From NCBI GenBank assembly GCA_965285935.1, contig OZ260663.1:43028001-43092000 (forward strand): a DNA stretch of 64,000 nucleotides. The letters run 5' to 3'. Below, piece after piece: positions 52,049-64,000 of the stretch. The DNA comes from Ophelia neglecta. Lineage: Eukaryota. The notes under the pieces were generated by a model. It saw only the letters and a program-made list of their open reading frames with translations, did no database searches and was not told the origin of the DNA. The position numbers and the translations under genes were made by a program. Every line of letters begins with the position of its first letter. Position 1 is the first letter of the stretch.

Positions 52049-54453
52049 CTATAATCTAATTGGTCCACTCATGATGATATTGTCTGAGATGTCGGATTCA
52101 TTGACAATCACTCGTGGATACTCCGGGGAGCTCACAGAATCTACTGACATCTCTTCATACGCCGAGTCAGTAACAGATCTACCACTAGATATCACATCGC
52201 TATTCGAGCAGTCCCCGAGCAAGGTTTTTCCTATTCCGAAATCTGGGTCCTCGTTCGAATTGTAATACGGTCTCTTGGGAACTGCTTGCCCGAGCGCAGT
52301 AATTTTGTCAAATGGATCTGGCAGCTTGATCACTACACAATTGCTTTCAACACTCGAGAATGAACATTGGCTTGAAGTTCGCCTGTGAGATGCTTCACCA
52401 TTAAGCGAGTTGCCCTCCCTGCTCTCGTGGTCACTTTTGGTCAGTGTCGACCAATGCGAAGACATGCTGTTCAGCGTCCCAAACGAGTCGTCTGCCTCGT
52501 ATCCTTCATTGCTCACGCCATCTGTCGGGGTCCTGGATGCTCCTGCCGAGCGCGAACGCCGCGATGACACTGAGGTTGTGTCAGACCTCCTCGGAGAGTT
52601 CAGGCCAGCCTGATACAAGGAGTCTTTAGGGGCTACAGATGAATGTTTCTGTCCGGAACTGTCTGACTTATCTGATGGACGCCGGGAAGCCTTGGTACTT
52701 ACTGCAGGAAAAATATAGACAGTTTATTTGCCGCAGCATTTATTTTGTCAGTTTTTCTATTATAGAATACATAATTATTCTAATTGACTTATACAGAAGT
52801 ATTAAAATATTTATTAGTGGATTTTAGTTGATCGAAGCAAATAATATTAGGGGTGTTTAAGAGTTCATTTTAATGCTGTGAATTCGTTGACCTGAAGAAG
52901 GTTCTATGTTGAAAGAAGTTTAAAAAAATGTTATGGCCGGAAGCATTTTTAACGTAAATATACATAGTTTTATTTTGACTTGCCTGAAGTAGTTTTGTTT
53001 TTGAACAGGGTCTTATAACAGTGAACGGCCATTTTAAAAGTTACAGCAAAGTCCAACAGAGCAGTGACAAGTAGTATTGCGTGTACTATCAAGAGTGGGC
53101 GACTCTGTTCGAAGAAAAAAAGGCCATCATTTCATTCAATGTAAACAAATTGCTTCAAGAAATCTTTAAGGTAGAATATTTCCAAGTGTGATAAATGACT
53201 TACATTCCTGGGGTCTTATTTACATTGAAAAAAAATGATACATTATGTTTACAAATATCAAATAATGTTTATAAACGCTTGTTAACTTACCATGGAACAA
53301 GTGGTATCTGTCGGATCTTCGTTATTACACGAGTATCTTTTAGATTCATTTATGAAGAACAAACCAATACAACTCATAACGAACAAACATACACAGAACA
53401 AGCCACATGACAACCCAGATAATATCAAATTGCCATTTATCTGAAGAAAAAATAAACAGAAAATCTAAGTTGTGATTTCATTAACGTTATATGCACTTTC
53501 TTTTTACAGTATCGATCCTACTTTATATACAATTTCCCTTTTTGAAGGGCAACTACCTTTTCCTGAACAATAAAGATATAAAACGCACTGGCCCATGAAA
53601 ACAGAAATACTGAATACTTAAATATTTGTTAATCATTACACAATTCGGTAGGTAAGCGGCAGATGAGCTTACCATTTTGCGGGTTTTGTATCTTGCGCTG
53701 AGTAAACACACAACTCCAGTCATAACAAACTGAAAAAGTAAACAAAACAATATTCAAAATGCTCCGTGTTTGCTTTTACTAATTTATATTTCTATTCTTT
53801 AAAGGAAAAGTTGTTGTAAAAAGAGCAAAAAATGGTCCAGACCATAAAAAATTACATACAAATGCACCGCACCAAATCCCCGTTGCGAAGTAATTGTATC
53901 CATCCTCCTTATATTCAGTTGGTTCACTAAATCGAATAGCCACAGCCTGACACGCCACCGCCGCAGTCCCGAGCCCGATTTGACCGACACCGGACCAGCG
54001 TGCAGTCTGTCCTTCATAGTTCGGGTAAAATGTTTGCGGAGACTGAGGCGATGGCTCGATAATTTTAGTCTGATCACATGCATGTACACCGAAGTCTGCC
54101 AAGTCTGAAATTTCGTCTTGTGGTAAGACTAGAATGTTTGTCGGTATATCAGGTGAACTGTCCGCTAAGCCATCTCGATGGTCTTGCAATGCGAGGTCTT
54201 TTGATGAAGAAGTTTCTAGTATGTGGTTTGATTTGATCTCATTTGCGTGGGATGAAATTATGTACAGCGTCTCTGAATTCCCACCTGTATGTTTTGTGTA
54301 CCTGGTCGGTTCTGTAGAAAGGAATGATTCACCGGTAATCTTTGACATTTCAATGCGGTCTTTCGATCGGGCTTTGCATTCTTTAAGTGATTCGTTTCCC
54401 GAGTCACATGAATGTTTTCTGGTAACAATCCTTTGGTTCTCCGTAGATGCCAT
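52049..54453 (-). CDS. MS4A/CD20-like four-TM protein, paralog A, 5 coding exons, 524 aa, long Ser/acidic C-tail
   Basis: Exons 54453-53860, 53729-53673, 53440-53291, 53104-52984, 52701-52049 (1575 nt, open throughout). Donors GTATGT, GTAAGC, GTAAGT, GCAAGT; pyrimidine-rich CAG acceptors. TM1 GVGQIGLG, TM2 ATGIWCGAFFVMTG, TM3 LILSGLSCGLFCVCLFVMSCIG, loop with two Cys, TM4 LLIVHAILLVTALLDF. In-frame stop at 54481-54483 upstream of the ATG. AATAAA at 52010-52005. Confidence 0.85.
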
Positions 54454-56775
54454 TTGAATGTATGAGTAAGGTCCTCGGGTTCAAGTCCTGTGGCCCATTC
54501 CATATAGATCTACCTCGCCTAAAAATGTACCAAAAGTTCATTTTAGGAGAGATAGGCTTAGTGCAGGCATTCAAAGCTACTGAATGTGTTTTGTCAAGCT
54601 GAAAATATGACCTGATTCTATATACCTTTCGAACAAAACGTAGGCCAGTGGGGGTAAATAAATTTACATGTACATACACTATGTACTCTCCCACTATGAT
54701 ATACCAGACATACGCGATTGTTATGAATGACGAACAGTGTATTAGTGGATAATTCCAGTGCACACAGTAAAACTGTACAGACATAAAGACATAATGTATA
54801 CTTATACTGTGTGCTGTGGCATCATGCCAAATATTATATAACTATTAAAGTGGTTCAAATATTGTTAACATTTTAAAATTTAAGGGCCAGTATTTTAAAA
54901 ATTCGCGTAAAAAGCTAACGTTTAACTTCGCCAATAAATACTCTTATAGTATTATTCATTTAGTTTGTATACGCTTCAGCAAAGCAAAGGGCGAGTTTAT
55001 AAAGTATGATATCAACACTTGTACCACTCGTATGTATATTAATTCAGACGTTAAAGTACTTGCCACCTTTAAGTTTCAACGATAACTGGTGGTTTACTGT
55101 TATCTACTGAAGGAACAATATAACTCACCTGTGCTTGAGAACTGCCCCTGACTACCTGTTGAACAATCGGCCTCTTCGACCTACCGGTTTCAGCGCTGCT
55201 ACCTAACTGCCAACAGGACAATGTTCCCAGATTCAACATATAGGTATGTAAATGCCTTAAAGCACCGTCCTCGAGATTCACCAAGCGTGACGTTTACATT
55301 AAAGCAGTTTAACACCTACCTGACATACCGTAGTCACCATTTTAGAATTATAACTATGTCAGGGGGAGTAAACCATTGACTGTCGTCCTCGGCGGTTAAT
55401 ACAATGTACATGTAAATACCGGTATACATGCATATGCTTCACTTCATATTCAATTGTAAGCAGCAAACAACATTTTTAAACACTTGGACGGTTGAAGTTG
55501 AACTCTTAATGGTTTTCTCTACTCGGGGCTCACCTGTTGCCCGTATAGCGTAGCTTGTTTAAAAGTTCCGGAAGAACAGTTATCAATGCGAATTCTATGA
55601 CCCTTGGTAATTATAGGAATGTGTTTATTATATGACAGTGCGTGTTTTCAAGAGACTACATAATAACACAGCGCTGACGATAGAAAGGGGTTTTAGAACT
55701 ATAAGTGCAATAACACAATCACTGACTTCACATGGGTCTGCCTTATAAATCTAGATTTCTTAACAAATAGAGCTCTACTTATATAGAAAAACGGCGCTTT
55801 AAATCAACAATTCAAAGAACAAGTTTTTGGATTTTTATTTATTTATCTAGAGGCATCTTTAAGTCAATATCACTCTGTGTTGATGTAGCCATCTGGTATA
55901 CTTTATATCAAATGGTAGTCTCCTTTGCTAATTTGTTCGCGGTATACACAAAACACGAGCTTTGAAGGCCAGGGTGACGATACACAGTTGTTATTATGCA
56001 CAGACAAAGTCGCATTTTTTAATTCTCCTGCAGTGATTGTAGATAATGTTAAAGATTAGTCCACTACAAACTGATAATGTTTGAATAAATGAATAATATA
56101 CACAATAATGTACCTGCAGTCAAGTATAAGGCTACAAATATTTTAATACTAGGTAAATTGATTACACTGGTAGAATCCACTGCTGATGTACCCGCAAAAG
56201 TAAAGACGACTGAAATCTATAGGAATGGAGATAACCGTAGAACCATAAAAGAAACTGGATTTTACTGGTCTGGGAGATACCCCATAAGTTCTGCAGAGGA
56301 ACGCTTTTGTAGGAACCACCCAAAGGAAGAGTAAACTGATGTATTATATTATATTTTATGATGATTGAAATCGAGGCAGGATATATTTAGGCTTTGCCAC
56401 ATAGGCCTATTTAAACCTATCACGGAAATTCAAATCCACCATTTTAGTTTTTTTGTATTGAAAATTTAAAGGTGTTTGTTGACTTGGCTGGGGCGACTTT
56501 ATCAATTGTGCTACCTCCCCAACACCACTGAAAATAATACATTTTCTATAGCGGTGTAATCTTTACGATTATCTATAATCACTGTGGGAAAATAAAGAAG
56601 TATAAGTTTATATGTGCATTAAGGTGTTGAGATGTATCACTATGGTATAAGTCGCCTATGGGCTAGGTGGTGGTACAGCAAGGGATACGGGTTTTTGCCC
56701 CAGCAAATTCAACAAACGCCTTTGAATATTATATCATATTGTTTTTATATTATATTATACATCAGATTATGTAAA

Positions 56776-59039
56776 TTACAGGTAAGTAGACATGACGTCA
56801 TCAACTGGTACTATTGGGGGATCTTCATCGGCTGAGTATCCCAAAGATAGTCCTGACTGATTAGCTAAAGACGCTGACGGTTGAGGACAAGTTGTGAATT
56901 GCTTGCAATAATTTTCATTTAATGCGAGTTCAACCTCTGTTGATGTGTCAACATTCCTATAAGAAGATAAATATTTCGGAGGCTGTTCTTGGTACGGCGG
57001 AGGAAGAGCCGCCTGCCCTGTCTCATCCACAGCATACGGCGGTGGCTTTAAGACTGCTGAAAGTGTTAACAAACAAGTTAAATTATTATATATTTTAAAT
57101 CGTATAATTGATAGAATTTTGATTTTGAAGAAAGGAATACACAAAATCTGTGTAATAAAGTGCTGTACGCGCAGTGAAAAGTATACATTAAAAACAAGAA
57201 TAAACCTCGAGTTTGCATTGGAAACAGAATCTCTCTATTTTTCACTCTGATAAAAAACGTTTTATAGGGGTTTTGTTGCGATGACGATCTTCGATTGTAA
57301 TCTGGGCCTTTGTTGAAAACTACCAGATGACCTGAATAAAAAGAATCAAAATGTATATTAACATTTTACCGGATTGAATAAACTATGTCGATTTTTAACG
57401 CCATTTTCATTAATCAGCAAACCCTAATTTGTCAGAAGTTGAACAAAATGTGGTCAGCGAGGCCTAACAAAAATTAATATTTAATTTACAGATACCTTCT
57501 GGGGTCCGGACACACTGAAGCTGATCTCTTGTTCTTCCTAATACAGTTTTGAAGCACTGAATTGCGACATTTACACAGAGTACAAACTCCATGATGGATG
57601 ACACGAGCATTGCGACATTCACTATCAATAACGGTCGGCTCTGAACATATTAAATAAAGTAATTGATGTCTCAGTATCTGTCTGGACTAGTCAGTAGTGT
57701 ATTTCAGGTCTGTTGTCAATAAAGGCTACCTCTTTATACCAAATATAAACACTGCAAATATTACTTGAAGTACCTACTTTTAATTCCCCTTTTTAATTTG
57801 AAATTGCCAACACAAGATAACAAATACGCCCTTTGAATATAAACACGAATATTTAAACTAATCTTCAACCATGCATTACACAAATAAACTTGATGACTTG
57901 TTACACATATAATGACATAAATGAACTACAACTACTCCTGCCAGTACTTAATTTAAACATATGCATTTCGTACATGCGATGTTCTAATTGGCTATCGGCC
58001 ATAATTAGAAAAATAGTGATTTAGTTCAAAATAGATATTTGCGAAACATCCCATTACTTACGACTGGACAGGTCCTGTATATCCTGTTAGGGCCTTTTAT
58101 GAAACGACATGGGTACCTGTCAGAATTGTCCGATAGACCAATACAGCTCATGACGAATAGATACACACAAAACAGCCCACATGTTATCAAGGAGATAACA
58201 GCAGTCGCTTTTATCTGCAAACACATGTTGGTACTTAGCTGGGCACTGGTCATTTTGAGGTTTTATTTAATGTTTAGGAGCGCTCCACCCGCTGCGAATG
58301 TACTTACCACATTCCTAGTTCGGAACTTTGAAGATACTATTGCAGCAAAACCGCTTAGCATAAACTGGAAACAAAACTAGAAGATATTTAAGATATTATC
58401 GTAACGTTTTTGTCACACGGTGCCAGGATCAGTGGGGCAAAAATTTGTATCCATGAATCACAAAAATATAACAGAAAATGCTTAAATGAACTATTTATGA
58501 AAATTTATATCGGTTGACGAACATAGCCTTAATTTTGAACTTACGAAAGCACCACAGTAGATTCCTGCCGAGATAAAGTTGCGAGAATCATGGGGGAAAG
58601 TCTGTGTATCACTCAATACAATAGCTACTGTCTGGCATATCGCACACATAACGCCGACCATGATCTGAGCAACCCCGACTAGCAGAGGTTTCATTGTCGG
58701 GTAACTCTCGTACAATGTGGGAGCAGGGGGGCTGGGGGGAGGATCATCCGTCAGAGAATGGTCTCCTACCATCGCCTCAAGACTGGGCAGATCTTGTAAA
58801 TTGTTTGGAATCATTTCAATGTCCGTAGGAAGTCCGCACGTGCTTTGATCTGGACCGAAAATTTCTCTAGTGGTGTCAGCTTCAGACACCTCATCATTAA
58901 TTACATTGCCAGCAACAGTCCCAGGAACTAAATCGGGTGTCGACCGATGAACCTGCTCCTCTGGTGCTGCATCATTTTCCTGACCTTCCTGCCTATCGTC
59001 TTTATCTGGACCATTATGTCCAGAGTTCCCGGAGGTCAT
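56776..59039 (-). CDS. MS4A/CD20-like four-TM protein, paralog B, 6 coding exons, ~418 aa, three PPxY motifs
   Basis: Exons 59039-58545, 58364-58308, 58214-58062, 57640-57496, 57331-57206, 57056-56776 (1257 nt, open). Intron positions and phases match paralog A (57-nt exon 2 in both). GVAQIMVG, SAGIYCGAFFMLSG, CGLFCVYLFVMSCIG, SRPLLIV. Tail KPPPY..LPPPY..PPKY, ends STYL. The last acceptor is a CAGCAG tandem. Confidence 0.87.
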
Positions 59040-59212
59040 GATTGAAGTAACGTTAAAAGAGAATGTTCGGTCAGTATGCTAGGCGCAATGATTCTCTCGT
59101 AAACAACATTCTTAAGGCAACACAATGTTAAATGGTCACACCATCACGTAGGACCATTTTAATCACATCTAAACACTGGCTGCATGAAGGCGTACCGGAG
59201 AAGGATGCACAC

Positions 59213-59250
59213 TTCTTATACCTCTAGATAAGTGTTAACAACCTTATCTA
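59213..59250 (-). promoter_or_regulatory. Candidate core promoter of paralog B: inverted GATA pair plus TATA-like box
   Basis: TAGATAAG (59225-59232) and CTTATCTA (59243-59250) form a perfect inverted pair, immediately upstream of TATAAGAA (- strand, 59220-59213) and ~175 bp before the ATG. Confidence 0.4.
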
Positions 59251-62200
59251 ACGCTCCAAATTACTGTATAATAGATTTAATAAGCACATATGATACATGT
59301 GAGATTTTTAAATACATTCCCAGATTTAATCAAAGATTACAGATAATCATATAGAATAACAAACATACAGCCATGTCTCCGGGTAGATAAGTACAAGAGT
59401 ACTGTTTGGAGCCTCGTGTACTTTCTTTGCATCTTCCATATTCAAATCAAAATGGAAAAGTCTCAACAAACGGCGTATCGTGTTCAAATTTACTTTATAC
59501 TTACTGTAAGCGACCTTCGTGGTGGACAACACTGTGTTTGGCTGGAAGTGTTGGTAGCTCGCCAATGGAATGTTTGGTGTTTGAAATGAATGCCCAGTGT
59601 CATATTCGACGCGACGGATACATTGTTAAAAGCACATATATAACGATTCGTTCACGATAAATAGGCCTATTGGTTATACATGAGAGAATATGAAGTTGGC
59701 CCCAGACCCATACGTGTAGTAGTAATACATACATGTAACAGCCTAAAATCAGTCAACCTTAGAATTGTCAATACGTAGTTATTAAGGTAACCTTACAGGT
59801 AGAACCCTTATATCTTCGAAAAGCAATCGTACAAGCGCTGTGCTCTATTCGTTGACTTTCAAGGAAATGTATTATATTAATTCATCTAGAAGTATGCAAC
59901 ATGGATGGAAATTTCATCACATGATCAGTCAACGTTATAAATTTGACAAGTAGTGGTCCATTTTCCTATTACTGACTACCTTGGCAAAAGGTCTGTAGCT
60001 ATAAAGGTATACCAGAATCATATCAAATCTAATGACCAGTGTTAGCTAGATAGTCTACATTTATAAATACACCGTTCTTTTTTGTGCATCCCAGGAACAA
60101 ACATTTATTCTGCTTTTATATTTTAATAAAACAACATTTTTATATATCCGGTAGCTCCTACCTAGAAGGGGATTGAAGAGGGGGGGGGGGGGGGGGCATA
60201 TTATTTTCATTGAAGCGCAACGTTCGACGTCTGTTGTTTGAAGTTCGGCATCCGGATTCCTTTGTCACGGGAAAAAAAGAAAACCCCTGTATTTTTCTAC
60301 TAGTATATAACATAGATTACTGTCTGATCGCAATCAACAGAACACAGAGGCATTGTTTTCTAAAGCTGATAAGGTAAAAGACAAGCTCCTATGGTTTAAT
60401 TTGTTATTAGAGCTCAAAATTACTTTTGAAAGACTTAAGAATAGTATGGTCCGAATATGACGTTTAAAGATTTGACTTTGGTGTACGTCCTTAAGGTCAT
60501 ATCACCTGCACATTTTATAGATTTCTCAAATTTGACATTGGTTTCCACTTTCAATGTCAAATCAATAAAATGATGAGTGTGGTGTACTTTTACAGCTAAA
60601 TTATCATGCCCTACCATACTTTTGACAGTCAAGTTATCTGCTTATTTGTTCATCTATTCATATTCATTACATTTTCTAATCAATGCGTGCATTCTTTAGA
60701 GCGAAACTTCTTCCAAGTATTCAAACCAGAAACATCAACCCAATAACGAAAGCACCAATGCCATTTGCGTAAATTTAATAACGAGAAGATATGGACACAA
60801 TTTATTTATTTGTCGAACTGTTCATGGTTCCATTGCATGTAACGAAAACCCAGTAGACGACTTCAAAACACTGATCAAGAATAGTCTGTTAAATCGGCCC
60901 GCACTCAATAAATCAATTTCCAGCTTCCAAACAATAAATAAAAATTCCAAGAATAATGATAATATCACTTGTAGTTAGAAGCAGTCAACAGTTCTCCACG
61001 ATGCGAGTTAGCTCACAAAACAAACGAGTCAGTTTTCAATGTAAGACAGAGATGAAATATTTCCCAATAGGGGATATGGTAGAGTAAGCTCTCTCATTAG
61101 ATTTAGATACTATAGAGGAAAGTTTCCCAGTAGACACTAGACCGAAGACGTGTGTAAGAGATCCCCGAATAATGAAGTGGAAAATGGTATCAAATCTCCT
61201 CGATATGACTTTATTACATATACAGAGTGAACCAAGCACGCTTTTATTGCGAATGAAAACGTGGATATGCAACATACGATATTATATCGGTATAAAGCAG
61301 CTGCACATGGCCCCTAGTCGTAGGATGAGCGGAATTGATAAATTAAAGTCATTGCAGTCTTTTCCTGCGTAGGTTTTTAAACAATGGCAACTAGAACCTA
61401 CTAGAGGAGAGTGATCGATCGTATTTTGACAGTCCCCGAGGTTGATTAAATCTTAAAAGGAAAATTTACGATTCTCCTAGGCGAATGTTATATTTAGCTT
61501 GATCGGTGAAATATTTACCCGTGAATTTGAAAAATGCCCGTAATCCTGGGGGTCAAGTTTTTGACAGCAGGGCTACCATTTATACCAGGCAGAATAGCAC
61601 AAGCTCTTACAAGGGAAGCATCAAAGTATACACCCCGCGCTGGGAAATAGGTATTATTGCTATCAAGCAATTGGACGATAACTATTGAAATCATCGATCT
61701 ATTTGACATAAAGTACTGAACTTAGAAGGCATTTTTTGTTAAAATAAATAATAAAAAATCAATTTAGAAGCAGGATATATTTACCCATAATAGGAATTAA
61801 TTTTGGTTCCAAATAATTCCAATTATATACAACCAGTCAGTTGTATCTTTAAGGAAGTTCCATTAATCGTGAATACATCTCATTAACATATTAACTGAAG
61901 TAATTCTTATTGAATGAAAACATCATCATCTAATGAAGAAGAACATTTCTTGGCTATGTGCATCTTCGCACCCTTCAACCAACTAGTAATTAAATCATAT
62001 TTATAAGTGAATTGATACAAATCTGCAGCCAAAGAAGCGCAGTTAGTTCCTTCAAGAATACCAATGAAACAATTCACTACTTTACCCGCAAGGACATGAA
62101 TTTTATCGATGATAAGCGCTTTAGATGTAGTAAACTCGACATAGAGTGTTTGAAAAGAAAGCTGTTCTATTGCTTACATTTATTAAACGTCCTGTTTCAA

Positions 62201-63078
62201 AAAATGTATTTTTCTAGCTATTTCATACGCGACTTAAAATCAGCATGCGGAAGTGTAGCATACAGGGTAGTGAAGTTCTACGAGGAAAGAGACAAGCATT
62301 CAGTTTGACTGAGGTCTTCTTGATGTTGTATCGAGTCTTTGCCGCTTTTATAAATACTCATATGTTAGACTCTAAGTTGCGAAGGACCACAGCGCCATAC
62401 CATTGTTTATATTGTGTATTTTCGGTAGCTAGAATATTCTAGGAAGACCCATACCGGAAGCTATTCTACTGTTGGTTGCGAGGAATCTATGATGACTAGA
62501 AATAATTTCCTGAACTGATGTTTGAAAAACTCATAGGTGGTCATAAACTCAAGGTCGGTATTGCATTTGTTACTTTTAAAGGAAAGGCCCAATGCTTCAG
62601 GCAAAACTGTAAAATGAAAGATTTTACAAATAAGTGCAACATTATATGCTGCTTAAGCATTTGAAACATCGACAAAGTTCTGTGTATGCAATAACACTTT
62701 GGATTTGACGATTAACTTAAAGGGAAGCGATGATAATTCCTTTCGTTTCAATTATCGACGAGACGGTGCATCCTCATTTGAGTGTTGGTAATGATCATAT
62801 CCCAATTCCACTTGATCAACGGTATTTCTCGATATATTTATCGCTCGAGCTCATCTGTAAATTTTTGTATGATATTTCAATGGAATCTATTGCTTCGGTT
62901 AGATAATTGAATTTGACACCGTATCCAAAACATCTAGTGCAGAGGAGTTGACCGGAAATTCAACCGGAAGTTGCCTCGATTTGCAAACATCATTGCTTGC
63001 GGTGCCATGTGCTGGCTGAAAGTCATGACGGGTTCATCAAACCAAACAACTAGCTCTCAGCTATCCTTATCCGATGAC

Positions 63079-63889
63079 TCAGGAGTGGTGATTTGGTTTT
63101 CTGTAGCTAGGTGGCGGTGTTTTGTATTTAGGTGGCGCTGCATGATTTCCCTTTTCATCGGCAGCGTATGGGGGAGGCTTAAAAATGCCTGAAATGAGGA
63201 TACAAAAAAAAGACATTTATGGTCATTTGATATTTAATAGAACAAATAAAAAATATGTAATAAATTGCTTAGGTGGTTGAAAGAAGTACCAAAATCTAAA
63301 TGATATGGTAATACCTTCACTCTGAATAGGACAGGAGAGCATGTCTAACACTGCTTGTGACAGATCGTCCGTGTCCAGTCGATTATTAATACGAGAAGTA
63401 CTACTTGAAAAATCTGGTCCCCTGTTCATGACTACCAGTTCACCTGGAAGCAAGATGGGAGGGCTTTTGAAGCAATAGCTGCAATAAATCTTCCGATTAG
63501 AGTCTTTAAAATGCACGGAATTGTTCATAAATACCTTGCACAATACACCCATTTTGCAGAGTAAAGACAGTTAAAGGTACGCCACTGCTTTGTGGACATC
63601 TCCTAACTATTAGTCGACAGTGATAAATGCGATGCTCCAACAGGCGTACTAGTTGACATGTATAAGCCATGTGCATATCATTGTCGCAATTTTACAAAAC
63701 AAATACTATTTGCCTTTTAAAAGAAAAAAACAGCTTTTGACTACCTTCAGGCGATCTTATATACTGAAGTTCGTCGTTCTTCTTTTCGAGGATGGCTTTG
63801 TAACACTGTACAGCCATCTTGACACTAAGGACTATTTCCATTATAGTTCCGATCAGCATAACTATTTGTGTAATTAACAATGGTCTGCC
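63079..63889 (-). CDS. MS4A/CD20-like paralog C, partial (last three coding exons; 5' part lies beyond the window)
   Basis: Exon 63889-63745 (145 nt, same length as B exon 4; GRPLLITQIVMLIGTIMEIVLSVKMAVQCYKAIL..LQYIRSPE). Exon 63443-63315 (GELVVMNRGPDF.., vs B GHLVVFNKGPDY). Exon 63188-63079 (GIFKPPPYAADEKGNHAAPPKYKTPPPSYRKPNHHS*). Confidence 0.83.
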
Positions 63890-64000
63890 CTAAATTTAAA
63901 TGCACACAAAGATAAGTTTAAATTATTTGAACTTCAGTTGATCAAGTTCTGAAATCTTAAAGCTGATATCAAACATAAATATGTCAACAACAGTAAATGT

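Noticed and set aside
63223-63552. 109-aa ORF as an independent gene, or use of the acceptor at 63479
   Set aside because: Only 63443-63315 is homologous to paralog B. The 63479 acceptor gives an early stop, and the rest of the ORF is intron read-through.

Overview
AT-rich eukaryotic (invertebrate-like, possibly lophotrochozoan) genomic DNA with spliceosomal introns and two 141-N assembly gaps. It is not prokaryotic and has no CRISPR, rRNA or intact tRNA. Host genes sit only at the two ends. On the left is a + strand rhodopsin-class GPCR with an intronless CDS (3729-4907), of the FMRFamide/sex-peptide-receptor-like (Srw-like) group, with non-canonical motifs (GRY, NFxxY, no TM3 Cys). On the right is a - strand tandem array of at least three MS4A/CD20-like four-TM genes (52049-54453; 56776-59039; partial 63079-63889), whose exon structures I reconstructed by hand. 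Two paralogs end in a cluster of three PPxY motifs. The third has an unrelated long Ser-rich tail joined through a GC-AG intron. The ~47 kb between these genes holds no recognisable host gene and is a transposon graveyard: a DIRS/Ngaro-type tyrosine-recombinase retroelement, an AcademX-like fossil and a second Academ-like fossil, a THAP-carrying TIR element, Helentron/HINE-like elements with internal satellites, several MITEs, CR1/L2 and I/Nimb LINE fragments, a Gypsy 3' end with LTR, and mini/microsatellites. Family assignments come from recognising motifs by eye, not from database searches. Boundaries of decayed elements are approximate.
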